Assembly: GCA_963822965.1 (NCBI GenBank)
Contig: CAWGJT010000010.1
Span: 736,001 to 800,000 of the forward strand
DNA length: 64,000 nucleotides
From: an uncultured delta proteobacterium
GTDB taxonomy: Bacteria; Myxococcota_A; UBA9160; UBA4427
Direction: 5' to 3'
Shown here one piece after another: positions 20,417-31,015 of the stretch (within the stretch, counting starts at the first letter, position 1; each line of letters begins with the position of its first letter). The position numbers were made by a program, and so were the translations under genes. Below the pieces are notes generated by a model that was given only the letters and a program-made list of their open reading frames with translations, did no database searches and was not told the origin of the DNA.

Positions 20417-21502
20417 CTAGAGCTCTCCGACGTACTCGAAGAAGACCTGAAACTTCTGCAGCTCGTACGAGAAGATCGAGCGTGCCTTGGGATACGCGTA
20501 GGGATGGAAGAAGGCCTGGGCCAGGTCGAAGTGCAGGCGCTTCTTGGGGTCCCACAGCGGATAGTCGAGCACCGTGACGTCCGAGTCCGCGAACATGCGC
20601 TTCGAGACGACGGGGTTGGCGGTGGCCAGGAAGCGGGCGGTGCGGAACCCGGGGGCGTTCACGTAGTAGTCGAAGTAGGAGCGCTTGAGCTCGCCCAGGG
20701 CCGCGAAGCTCGTCACCAGGTCGATGCCGTGCGGCTCCACGGCCTCGTAGAACTCCGGCGACATCAGCACGAAGTCGTACTGCTCGAGGAAATCCCGACC
20801 CACGGTCTTCTCGGCCGCCAGCTCCCGGGCCCCCGCGATGCGCGCGCCGGGCCGATAGCGGCGCAGGAAGTAGGAGGCGAGCAGGAGCTGCTCCGGAAGA
20901 TCGACCAGCACGTGATGCGAGCCGGGGCGGTGCTGCTGGAGCAGGCTCGAGAAGATCCCGTACGCGGAGCCGATGTCGAGCGCCGTGAAGCCTTCCGGGA
21001 GCCGGTCGCCGAGGGTTCGGTCGATCAGCCCCAGGCTGTAGACGTGCTTGAACCAACGGTGGGTGTAGCGGTAGCCGGCGTGCTCGAAGTGGTACGGGTT
21101 GCCGACGGTGGGGGAGGGGTATCGGGCGAGCAGCGCCTCGTAGCCGTTCTGCTCGAGGATGCGCAGGCAGCGGCGCAGCAGCTCGCGTTCGCCGCGGCGC
21201 TTGGGGTGAAGGAGATTCACGGGGTTCGTGAGCCGGGGGTCTCGAACGGGATTGTCGCCCGCGAACACCCGGAGCCGCCGAAAGTCCCGGAGTACCGCCG
21301 GGTCGAGGCGCCCGTCTTCCCGGATGAGCCGTCCCTGGCCCGCCGAGAACCACTGGTTCCAGCGGTCGGTGTGCATCTCGCTGTGCCGGAACGTGTGGCC
21401 GCGGGCCTGGTTGAGCTCCAGCTCTTCCTGCAGGAGGTCGAGCAGGGCTGCGTCCGGACCGGGGTCGGACTCCGCCTGCGGCGCCAGCGCGATTTCGCTC
21501 AT
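20417..21502 (-). CDS. Putative sugar O-methyltransferase (class I SAM fold)
   Basis: VGNP, LDIGSAYG, LVDLPEQLLLASYFL, DLVTSFAALGEL; ATG 21502 after GGGAG. Confidence 0.7.
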   Translation of the reverse strand: MSEIALAPQAESDPGPDAALLDLLQEELELNQARGHTFRHSEMHTDRWNQWFSAGQGRLIREDGRLDPAVLRDFRRLRVFAGDNPVRDPRLTNPVNLLHPKRRGERELLRRCLRILEQNGYEALLARYPSPTVGNPYHFEHAGYRYTHRWFKHVYSLGLIDRTLGDRLPEGFTALDIGSAYGIFSSLLQQHRPGSHHVLVDLPEQLLLASYFLRRYRPGARIAGARELAAEKTVGRDFLEQYDFVLMSPEFYEAVEPHGIDLVTSFAALGELKRSYFDYYVNAPGFRTARFLATANPVVSKRMFADSDVTVLDYPLWDPKKRLHFDLAQAFFHPYAYPKARSIFSYELQKFQVFFEYVGEL

Positions 21503-21694
21503 CTCCCGACGGCCCCCACTCCCGACTGGCCACGAGCGGCTGGGGGATCCCCCGCACTCGCTGGTCCGCATTCTAAGGCAGCCTGGCGGGGGAGCCCAGC
21601 GTCACACGCGAGGACGTCCGAGGGGGACGCACCGATCCGTGCGCTGTGGCGATGCGCCCCGGGCACGCGAGGTGCCCGGGGCGCTCGGATCCCG

Positions 21695-21865
21695 TCAGTC
21701 GAGGGACATGTTCAGGATGGTCAGACACGTCACCATCAACACGAGCCGGTACGCCTCCTCCTTGGTGAGCGTGCCGCGGTACCAGTCACGCCAGAGCTTG
21801 GCGACGGGGAAGACTATCGCCACCGCGATGGCGATGTGAACCATCCGCCTCACGCCCAGATCCAT
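21695..21865 (-). CDS. Small 2-TM protein (56 aa), candidate RHS immunity protein
   Basis: AAGGAGG RBS before ATG 21865; overlaps the RHS 3' end; two hydrophobic helices. Confidence 0.55.
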   Translation of the reverse strand: MDLGVRRMVHIAIAVAIVFPVAKLWRDWYRGTLTKEEAYRLVLMVTCLTILNMSLD

Positions 21866-24800
21866 ACGCGCCTCCTTGGCTGGGGACAATGCAGGTGCAA
21901 GCGCCGCGCGTCGTAGCCTTCGATGGGGTACAGCGCGCGGCGCCATCGCACGCGAACGGGATCGATTCGGGTGAACACGTACGCGATCGCCGCGATGGCC
22001 AGCAGGATCGCTCCGAAGCCCATCAGAATGGGTCCGCCGCCGATGCAGGTCGCGATCACGACCATCAACGATCCGGCCACGCCGGTGGCCTGGGAGACGG
22101 CCTGCGCATTGGCGTTCTTTGGATGCGCACCGTCCGGGTCCCACCACCAGAGCGGGTTGCCGAGGGTGTAGGCGTACTGGTTGACCTCGTCGAAGATCGG
22201 GTCCTGGGAGAGGAAGCGCCCGGTCGCCGGGTCGTAGACTCGCGCCCCCAGGATCGTCAGCTCGCCGAACGCGTTCCGTCCTGCGAAGCGGGCAAAGTCC
22301 TCGTCCGAGCCCCAGATCGAGTCCAGCCCGAACGGCGCGTAGTGGTAGCCCGCGCGGATCACCCCGAGGTCGTCGCTCGTGAACTTCACGTTTCCCCGGT
22401 AGTCCAGGTGGCGGTAGAGATGCGAGCTGCTTCCCACGTCGATCACGAACTCGTCCCGGGCGATGCGGAGCCCTCCCTGCTCATCGGCAGAGACCGCGCC
22501 GCCCCAGCGCCACTCCGAGCGAACGCCATTCACCGTGGCCGCGATCAGGTTGCCCACCGCGTCCCACTCCAGGGTGTCGTTGCCGTGGGACGACATCCGC
22601 CCGAGGGCGGTCCAGGTGATGTCCCGGGACCCACGCGCGGTGGTGTAGCCCGCCTCGTCGTAGGTGAACGCGACGGGCGCTTCTCCCGCTGTGGTGGCGG
22701 TGAGCAGGCGATTGCCCTCGGCGTTGAACCCGAAGACCGTGCCCGAGCGGGCCAGCAGGTTCGATCGGCCGTCGAACGTGAAGCTCGTCTGCCCCTGTCG
22801 TGAGACGCGGCTGCCGAACAGGTGGCTGGCGTCCGTGGGCACCAGCTCGACGTCCTCGGCGCTCTCCCATACCTCGTCGCCGTACAGGGTGGTGACCACG
22901 TCCTGGTGGACGATCGCGGGGACCGACGGAGGCGCACCGGTCACGTCCACGCTCCCGGCGTGGGTCGTCTCCTCCACGAGATTTCCGTCGGGATCCGTGG
23001 TGCGCATCCCCCGGTAGCCGCCGGCGTCGTCGTACTCGAACGCCCGGGTGAGGCCGTTTCCGTACTCGACGGCGACCAGCCTTCCGCCCTCGATGCGACG
23101 TCGAAGCAACGGGGCGACGCCGTCGCGGATCTCGGTCTCGCGATCCGCGAGGTCGTAGTCGAAGCCGAGGGTGCGCAGCAGCTCGAGGTTCTCCGTGAGA
23201 TAGGACTCGCTTCGCTTGCGCCCGCGCAGATCGTAGGTCCACTCGGTGAACGTGCCGTCGGCGTGCTGCTGCGTCGTCACGCGCCCGGCCGCGTCGTACC
23301 CGTAGTACTCGCTGCCCGAGACCGAGTCCCGGCGCCGGGTCAGGCGCTCGCCCTCCCAGCTGGCGAGCGACTCGCTCTCCAGCGCGCCGGAGCGGTAGCT
23401 GCGGAAGGCCACCACCCGGCCGTCGGCGTCGTACTCGATCCGCTGCTCCATGCCGTTCGGTCGCAGCACCCGCGTTCGTCGGTCCGCCAGGTCGTACTCG
23501 AACGCGGTCTCCTGCCAGGCCCCGTCGACGCGCTCCCGCCGCGCGGTCATGCGTCCGAGGACGTCGTAGTCCATCTCGTGGTCGTCGCCGCTTCGGGCGC
23601 CGGATCGCCGTGCGGCGTCCGTCGCTGCGCACCTCGAAGGTGATCCGTCCCCCGTCCGCGAGGTTCAGGGCCCGCAGGTTGCGGTCGGCGTCGTACTCCC
23701 GGGAGGCGATGCCGCCCGGTCCCGCCATGTGGATGGCGCTTCCGGCCACGAGGTTGCCGACGGCGTCGTAGTCGCGATGCTGATCGCCGAGGCCGAAGCT
23801 CGGGGCCGCGCCCGCGATGATCCCGGGGTGTCCGGAATCGAAGTAGCCGAGCTCCGTCGTGGTTCCGTCGGGCGCGACCACGACGCAGACGGCGTTGCTG
23901 CAGACCGCCGACCCTGGCCGATTCTGGTACTCGAAGCGGGTCGTCTCACCCGCCCCGTTGCTGGTGGAGACCCGCCGGCCCCGATCGTCGTAGCGGTTCG
24001 ACTCGACGAGACCCAGGGAGTCCTCGACCCGCAGCCACGCGCGGTGGGACGGGCGCTCCCGCGGCCAGCCGTCCAGGGTCCAGCCGTCGAACGAGAGGGC
24101 GTCCGGGTCGTAGGTGTATCGGACGACGTTGCCGGAAGGCTCGACCTTCGCGACGAGATCGTCGCGCTGCCACACGTAGCCCGTGGTCTCGCCGGTGGGC
24201 TGCGTGCGGCTCACGGGTCGGCTGGGCGTCGCACCCCAGCCCCAGGCCGTCGTGAGGCCGTTCGTCGTGTTGGTGACGCGCTGGAGGCGGTCCTGCCCGT
24301 CGTACACGTAGACGCGCTCCACCCCCAGCGGATCCCAGTGCCGGGTGGTGTAGAGACCCTCGGTCTCGTCCTCGTAGAAGAAGACGTCCGTCGGGATCGC
24401 CGGCGCCGACCCGCCGCACCTCGTGCACCCGGACCCCGTCCCACCCGTACTCGACGCGCTCGCCGTCGCCCGTCGTGAGCGAGCTGATGCGACCCAGCAG
24501 GTCGTAGGTGTACGTCCGTCCCGGCCGGCCTTCGGCGACCTCCATCGGCGAGCGCGCGTTCACCAGGCGGTCGCCTTCCCACGTGAAGTGCGCCGCCCGG
24601 CCGGTGCGCGGGTCCTCGAGGGCCACGATCCTTCCGTCCGTGTCGTACGCCACGTCGTAGAGCCGCTGACACGGAATCGGCTCCGCGAGGCACTGGCTGA
24701 TGCGGGTCGTCCGCTTCCTGCCGGCGATCACCTCGCCGCCGAACGTGAGTCGGGGATAGGGCGCGCGGCTCATCTGGATCCAGTGGAGTCGGCCGCCCGC

Positions 24801-25298
24801 GTCGAAGACGTACACGAGCCCCGCCTTCGTGCGCATGGCGCCGGGGCCGTGGCGCAGCCAGCGCGTGCCGAAGACGGGATGTCCGTCCTTCACGCCGCCG
24901 ACGGCGTGCTCGGCCCCGGACTCGTCCACGAAGACGGAGCCCACGAGGGACATCTCGAAGCTCCACAGCCAGCGTCCCGTGGTCGAGTTGTACACGGCGC
25001 CCAGATCGAAGGGCCCCAGGTGCGTGTCGCTCGAGATGTCGGTGCGCTCGATCGACAGATTGCCGCCGATGGCGTTCACGAAGCCCTGGGCGACGCGAAT
25101 CCGGGCCGGCTCCTGGAACTCCACCCGGCCGGGGTGGGCCTGGCCCTGGTGGCCTGCCGGCGGACAGCCGAGCAGTCCCATCGCCACTGCGAGCAGGCTG
25201 GCGACCACCCGGAGCGGAACGGGTCTCGGTCGCAGGGAACGGAATGCATGCTGGTGTCGATCTCGTGCCTTCTCGACGCGTCTTTCGAGTCGGTTCAT
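21850..25298 (-). CDS. RHS/YD-repeat protein with lipoprotein-type signal (frameshifts near 24390 and 23590)
   Basis: YD repeats (YDAAGR, YDLADR); core end GARVYDPATGRFLSQDPI...YTLGNPLWWWDPDG; N-terminal VVASLLAVAMGLLGC. Confidence 0.9.
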
Positions 25299-25343
25299 CG
25301 CGGATTCTCCATGTCGCGAAGACGGGGAATCCGGGACCCAGGT

Positions 25344-25373
25344 CAGGAGTACACCGGGAAGAGTCGAATGACA
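25344..25373 (-). promoter_or_regulatory. Possible sigma70-like promoter for rhs (TTGTCA-N17-TACTCC)
   Basis: Good -35 and weak -10 at 17-bp spacing, about 45 bp upstream of the ATG. Confidence 0.3.
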
Positions 25374-25521
25374 AGCGCCTCCGACTCGAAAACGGCCGGG
25401 TGACTGCTTCGCCGGCGACCGGAAGCGCCGCGGGCCGTCCGGGTCGCCGAGGCGCACCGCGTTTCGCCGATTTCGGCGAATGTTTCGCCAGCCGCCGCAC
25501 CGGGCAGCGAGTCGCTGCGGA

Positions 25522-26343
25522 TCAGCCCCGGGCCGGGCCGTCGGCCATGGCGCGGCGGATGCTGCGCGCGACGTCCTCGCCGCGCGGAAGCCGCCGCAGG
25601 GCGCCGCCGCCGTCGACGTGGAGGTTCTGGCCGGTGACGAACACGGACTCGTCGCTGGCGAGGAAGAGCGCGGCGTTGGCCACGTCTTCGACGCCCGGGA
25701 GGTCGCCGAGCGGCGTCTCGGCGAGCATGGCCTCGCGCACGCCCGGCGTGGCGAAGAGCTTCGCGACCATCGGCGTCTCGACGGTGGTGGGGGAGACGAC
25801 GTTCACACGCACTCGTTCGGGCCCGTACTCGGACGCCGCGATCCGAGAGGCGTGATTGATCCCGGCCTTCGCCGCCGCGTAGGCCGCGTAGCCCTCGGCG
25901 ACGAGGGTGGCGGTCAGCGAGGAGATCGTGACGATGGATCCGCCCGGACGACTCGCATCGGCGACCATGGCGTTGGCCATGTGCTGCAGGAAGTAGAGCC
26001 CCCCGGTGAGCTGCACGGCGATCATGGGCTCCACCTCGGCGGGCTGGAGGTCTGCGACCTTCGCTGCCTGCTCGTAGCCCGCGCAGTTCACCGCCACGTC
26101 GAGCCCGCCCAGTCGAGAGACCGCGTCCGAGGCGAGGTCGCGTACGTCGCTCCAACGGGTGGCGTCGCAGATCCGCCAGGCGGCGTCCAGAGAGGCGGCC
26201 GCCGCCTCCAGCGGCTCCCGGCCGCGGGCGGCCACCAGCACCGTCGCGCCTTCCGCGCGGAAGCGCCTCGCGATGGCGAGTCCGAAGCCGCTCGAGCCTC
26301 CGAGCACCACGCAGCGCCTTCCATCGAGTCGTCCCACCCGCAC
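25522..26343 (-). CDS. SDR oxidoreductase
   Basis: GGSSGFG, VNCAG, YAAAK, VTGQNLHVDGG. Confidence 0.9.
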   Translation of the reverse strand: MRVGRLDGRRCVVLGGSSGFGLAIARRFRAEGATVLVAARGREPLEAAAASLDAAWRICDATRWSDVRDLASDAVSRLGGLDVAVNCAGYEQAAKVADLQPAEVEPMIAVQLTGGLYFLQHMANAMVADASRPGGSIVTISSLTATLVAEGYAAYAAAKAGINHASRIAASEYGPERVRVNVVSPTTVETPMVAKLFATPGVREAMLAETPLGDLPGVEDVANAALFLASDESVFVTGQNLHVDGGGALRRLPRGEDVARSIRRAMADGPARG

Positions 26344-26351
26344 CGCCTCGC

Positions 26352-26816
26352 TCAGGCCGCGGGGTAGTAGCGGCTGATCGTGTCGATCACGCAGCCCGGG
26401 CGGTCTCCGCCCTCGATCTCGACCGTGACGCGCACGACGGCCTGGACGGCGCCGTCCTTCGTCGTCTCGGCGCTGAGCAGCTCGCCGCCCCCGCGGATGC
26501 GGGAGCCGACGGGCACCGGCGCCGGGAAGCGGAGGCGGTCGGCGCCGTAGTTGACTCCCATCGAGATTCCGCGGACTTCCAGGATCTGCGGGAGAAAATG
26601 GTTTACCAGCGACTGGGTGAGGTAGCCGTGGGCGATGCAGGCGCCGAAGGGCCCGTCCTTGGCGCGCTCGGGGTCCACGTGGATCCACTGGTGGTCGCCC
26701 GTGGCGTCCGCGAAGAGATCGATGCGCTCCTGGGTGATCTCGAGCCAGTCGCTGTAGCCCAGGTGCTGCCCCACGGCCTTCTGCAGCTCGGCGGGGGTCT
26801 CGAAGATGGTGGGCAT
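26352..26816 (-). CDS. MaoC family dehydratase
   Basis: FADATGDHQWIHVD, IAHGYLT, NYGADRLRFPAPV. Confidence 0.92.
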   Translation of the reverse strand: MPTIFETPAELQKAVGQHLGYSDWLEITQERIDLFADATGDHQWIHVDPERAKDGPFGACIAHGYLTQSLVNHFLPQILEVRGISMGVNYGADRLRFPAPVPVGSRIRGGGELLSAETTKDGAVQAVVRVTVEIEGGDRPGCVIDTISRYYPAA

Positions 26817-26839
26817 CCGGAAGGGCCTCCTCGAATCGC

Positions 26840-27635
26840 CTATTCGCTCGGTTCCGGCCCCGCCACGGCGGCGAGGAAGGCGGGGCGCTCGCCGCCGCCG
26901 TGCAGCAGGACGTTCGCGCCGCTCACGTAGCTCGCCATCGGCGACGCCAGGTACAGACAGGCGTCGCCCACGTCTCGGGGCGTGCCCAGGCGGCCGAGGG
27001 GCACCGTCGCCGCCACGCGCGCGATGCTCTCCTCGTCGCCGTAGTGCAGATGCGCGAGCTCCGTGCGGATCATGCCGGCCGTCACCGCGTTCACGCGCAC
27101 CTTCGGCGCCCACTCGACGGCCAGGGTCTGGGTGAGGCTCAGCAGGCCCGCCTTGGCGGCCCCGTAGGCGGCCGTTCCCGGCGAGGGGCGGATCGCGCTC
27201 ACGCTCGAGATGTTGACGATGCATGCCGCCCTCCTCCTGCCGCTGCATCACCGCGTTGGCCTTCTGGGAGAAGTGCAGCGCCGCGACCAGGTTCAGCTGG
27301 AGGATCGATTCGGAGAAGCGCGGCGACACGGTGGCCGCGGCCGCAGCGGGCGCTCCGCCGGCGTTGTTCACGAGCACGTCCAGACGACCGAAGCGTCGGG
27401 TCGTGAAGTCGACCACGTGCTCGATCGCCTCGAGTCCGCTTCAGGTCGGCCTCCACGAACACGGCCCGTCGACCGGCCGCCTCCACGGGCTCGTCGGCGT
27501 CGCGCCGGGCGCACATCACGACGTCGGCGCCGGCCTCCAGGAAGCGCAGGCAGATGCCCCGGCCGACGCCGCGCGGGCCGCCGGTCACGATCGCGACCCG
27601 GCCCGACAGGTCCAGAGGGTCGATGACGCGCTGAC
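26840..27635 (-). CDS. SDR oxidoreductase (Rv3549c-like; frameshifted, start uncertain)
   Basis: VTGG.RGVGRGI, NNAGGAP, SPGTAAYGAAKAG, LLHGGGERPAFL. Confidence 0.8.
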
Positions 27636-27639
27636 GCCG

Positions 27640-28817
27640 TCAGAGGCCGATCTCCCGCGCCAGGCGCTCGCGGTGCCAGGCTGGGATCGCCGAGCAGCAC
27701 CTCGCTCGAGCGCGCGCGCTTGAAGAAGAGGTGTACGTCGTACTCCCAGGTGAAGCCCACGCCGCCGTGGATCTGGATGCAGTCGGCCGCGCAGCGGAAG
27801 AAGGCGTCCGAGCAGTAGGCCTTGGCGAGGGAGGCTACCTGCGCGAGCTCCGTTCGTTCGCGGCCCACGGCACCGTAGGGGCACTCGGCCGCCACGCACG
27901 CGGCGTAGTAGGCGGCGGAGCGCGCGGACTCGAGGTCGATCATCATGTCCGCGCACTTGTGCTTGATGGCCTGGAAGGAGCCGATCGGCCGCCCGAACTG
28001 CTCGCGCTCCTTCGCGTAGGCGACGGCCATGTCGAGGCAGCGCTGGGCGCCGCCCACCTGCTCGGCGGCGAGGGCGACGGCGGCGCGGTCGAGGATCTCG
28101 CGCAGGTCGCTTCCGGCGTCGGCTTCTCCCATGCGTGCGGCTGCGGGCAGGGCGACCCCGTCGCAGCTCGACGGCGCTGAGACGCCGGGTCTGGTCCAGG
28201 GTCGGGTGGAGCGCGGCGGGAGATCCCCGGCGAGTCCGCCGGCACGCAGAAGAGGGCCAGCGTGGGATCGCTGTCGTCCCACTCGTCCGACTCCAGCGCG
28301 GCCACGATCAGCAGGTCGGCGACATGGCCGTCGACGACGAAGTCGGCGACCCCGTCGAGCACGTAGCCGTCGCCCTCCGGGTGCCATCGCACGTTCACGT
28401 CACGCATCGGGATCGCTCCCGCCCGACGGCCCGGTGGAGGCGAGCGTGGCGATGCACGGCGCCTTCGGCGATGCGCGGCAGCCAGCGTCTGCTTCTGGGC
28501 CTCGCTGCCGGCCACGAGCAGCGCGTTGGCCCCCAGGCACACGCTGGCGAAGAAGGGCGAGCACAGCAGCGTCTCGCCCATCACCTCGAGCAGTGCCGTC
28601 AGCTCGACGCGCGCCGAGCCCCAGGCCCGCCGTAGGCCTCGGGCACGGTGATGGCCGACCAGCCGAGCTCGTTCGCGATCTGCTTCCAGACCTGCGGATC
28701 GTGGCCGAGCTCGCTCTGCATGGCGGCGCGCACCTGCTCGGAGCCCGAGTGCCGCGCGAGGAAGGCGCGCGCGCTGGCGCGCAGCTCCTCCTGCTCTTCG
28801 TCGAAGGTGAAGTTCAT
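27640..28817 (-). CDS. fadE33: Acyl-CoA dehydrogenase FadE33/IpdE2-like (frameshifted)
   Basis: VRAAMQSELGHDPQVW N-terminus, REQFGRPIGSFQAIKH, QIHGGVGFTWE. Confidence 0.7.
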
Positions 28818-28827
28818 GGCCTCGGCT

Positions 28828-29737
28828 TCAGGTTCCGTAGACCTTCTGGGGCGGGACGGCCTTCGCCAGGATGTCCGCCACCGCGGCGCCCACCTCGTCG
28901 GGCTCCCAGCGCGCGCCCTTGTCCACGGTCGGGGCCGTCGCGCCAGCCGTCCGAGACCCCGATGCTGCCGCCCTTCACCTCGAAGACGCGTCCCGTGACG
29001 TCTCGCGACTCGGCGCTGCCGAGCCAGACGACGAGGGGCGAGATGTTCTCCGGGGCGTTCTCGTCGAAGCCGCCGTCCTCGGGCGCCTTCATGTCGGTGA
29101 AGATCGCCTCGGTCATGCGCGTGCGCGCGGCCGGGGCGATCGCGTTGGCGGTCACCCCGTAGCGCCCGAGCTCGGCGGCCTGGATCAGGGTGAGGGTGGC
29201 GATGCCGGCCTTGGCGGCCGAGTAGCTCGACTGGCCGACGCTCCCCTGGAGGCCGGCGCCCGAGCTGGTGTTGACGATGCGGGCGTCGACGGGCGCGCCC
29301 GCCTTCGACTGGTTGCGCCAGTACTCGCAGGCGTGCCGGGAGACGCAGAAGTGGCCCTTCAGGTGCACGCGGACGACCGCGTCCCACTCCTCCTCGGAGG
29401 TGCTGACGAACATGCGGTCGCGCAGGAAGCCGGCGTTGTTGACCACCACGTCGAGGCGGCCGAAGTGGTCGATGGCCGACTGCGACCAGCTGCGCCGGCC
29501 GCGGCGAAGTCGGCCACGTCGGCGCCGTTCGCGATGGCCTCTCCGCCCGCGGCGCGGATCTCGCGCACCACCTCGCCGGCGGGGCCGGTCGAGCCGCCCG
29601 CTGCCGTCCAGCTCCGCGCCCAGGTCGTTCACCACCACCCGCGCGCCCTGCCGGGCGAACTCCAGGGCGTGGGCGCGACCGATCCCGCGGCCGGCCCCCG
29701 TCACGATGACGACGCGTCCTTCACACAGCCTGCTCAT
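28828..29737 (-). CDS. SDR oxidoreductase (Rv3548c-like; frameshifted)
   Basis: TGAGRGIGRAHA, NNAGFLRDRM, VHLKGHF, YSAAKAG, APAARTRMT. Confidence 0.85.
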
Positions 29738-29781
29738 GCTTCGCTCCGCCTGTTCCGAGGGGTGGGGCGCCGGGCCCGGGC

Positions 29782-30935
29782 CTAGAGCCGCTCCAGGATC
29801 GTGACGTTCGCCTGCCCGCCGCCCTCGCACATGGTCTGCAGCCCGTAGCGGCCGCCGGTGCGCTCGAGCTCGTGGAGCAGCGTCGTCATCAGTCGCGCGC
29901 CCGTGGCGCCGAGGGGGTGTCCCAGCGCGATGGCGCCGCCGTTGACGTTGACCTTCGACAGGTCGGCCCCCGTCTCCCGCTGCCAGGCGATCACGACCGA
30001 CGCGAAGGCCTCGTTGATCTCCACGAGATCGATGTCCGAGAGCTTCATGCCCGTCTTCTCGAGCGCGTGGTCGGTGGCGGGGATGGGCGCGGTCAGCATC
30101 CAGATGGGATCCGCACCGCGCACGCTCAGGTGGTGGATTCGCGCGCGGGGCGTGAGGCCGTGGCGCTTCAGGCCGGCCTCGGAGACGATCAGCAGCGCCG
30201 CGGAGCCGTCGGCGATCTGGCTGGAGACCGCGGCGGTGAGGCGGCCGCCCTCCACCAGGGTGTTCAGGGTGGCCATCTTCTCGAGCGAGCTTCCCCGGCG
30301 CGGGGTCTCGTCGTCCGCGAACTCGCCGAAGGGGACGATCTCCCGGCTGGAAGCGGCCTTCGTCGATGGCGCGGATCGCGCGCTCGTTGCTCTCCAGCGC
30401 GAAGCGCTCCATCTCCTCGCGGGAGATGTCCCACTTCTCGGCGATCATCTCCGCCGCGTTGAACTGCGACACCTCCACGGTGCCGTAGCGCTCCACCCAG
30501 CCCTTCGAGGTGGAGAAGGGGTCCTGGAAGCCCAGGGGCTCGGCGCACAGCATGGCGGACGAGATCGGGATCTGGTTCATGTTCTGGACGCCGCCGGCGA
30601 CCACCACGTCGCTGGTGCCGCTCATGACGGCCTGGGCGGCGAAGTGGACGGCCTGCTGCGCCGATCCGCACTGGCGGTCGACGGTGGTGCCGGGCACCTC
30701 GTCGGGCAGGCCCGCGGCGAGCCAGCAGGTGCGCGCGATGTCGCCGGCCTGGGGGCCGATGGTGTCGCACGCAGCCGAAGATCACGTCCTCGACGGCGCG
30801 CGGGTCGACGTCGTTGCGATCGACGATGGCCCGAAGGACGTGGGCGCCGATGTCGGCCGGATGGACGCCCGCCAGGCTTCCCTTCTTGCGGCCGACCGGC
30901 GTGCGGACGGCGTCGACGATGTACGCTTCGGGCAT
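29782..30935 (-). CDS. fadA6: Thiolase FadA6-like (frameshifted)
   Basis: VDRQCGSAQQA, NEAFA, GHPLGATG, MCEGGGQAN; lies in the HIP operon. Confidence 0.8.
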
Positions 30936-31015
30936 GGCAGCGGTTCCTCGTGCGTGGAGGGCGGCGGCTCGCCGCCCCGGGTGACGGGCGGCCTGAGGCC
31001 GCCGTGGGGGTCGGG

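Noticed and set aside
15079..21502. Canonical aryl-polyene/xanthomonadin or type II PKS cluster
   Set aside because: No ketosynthase, ketoreductase or dehydratase in the operon; KS genes elsewhere in the genome cannot be excluded
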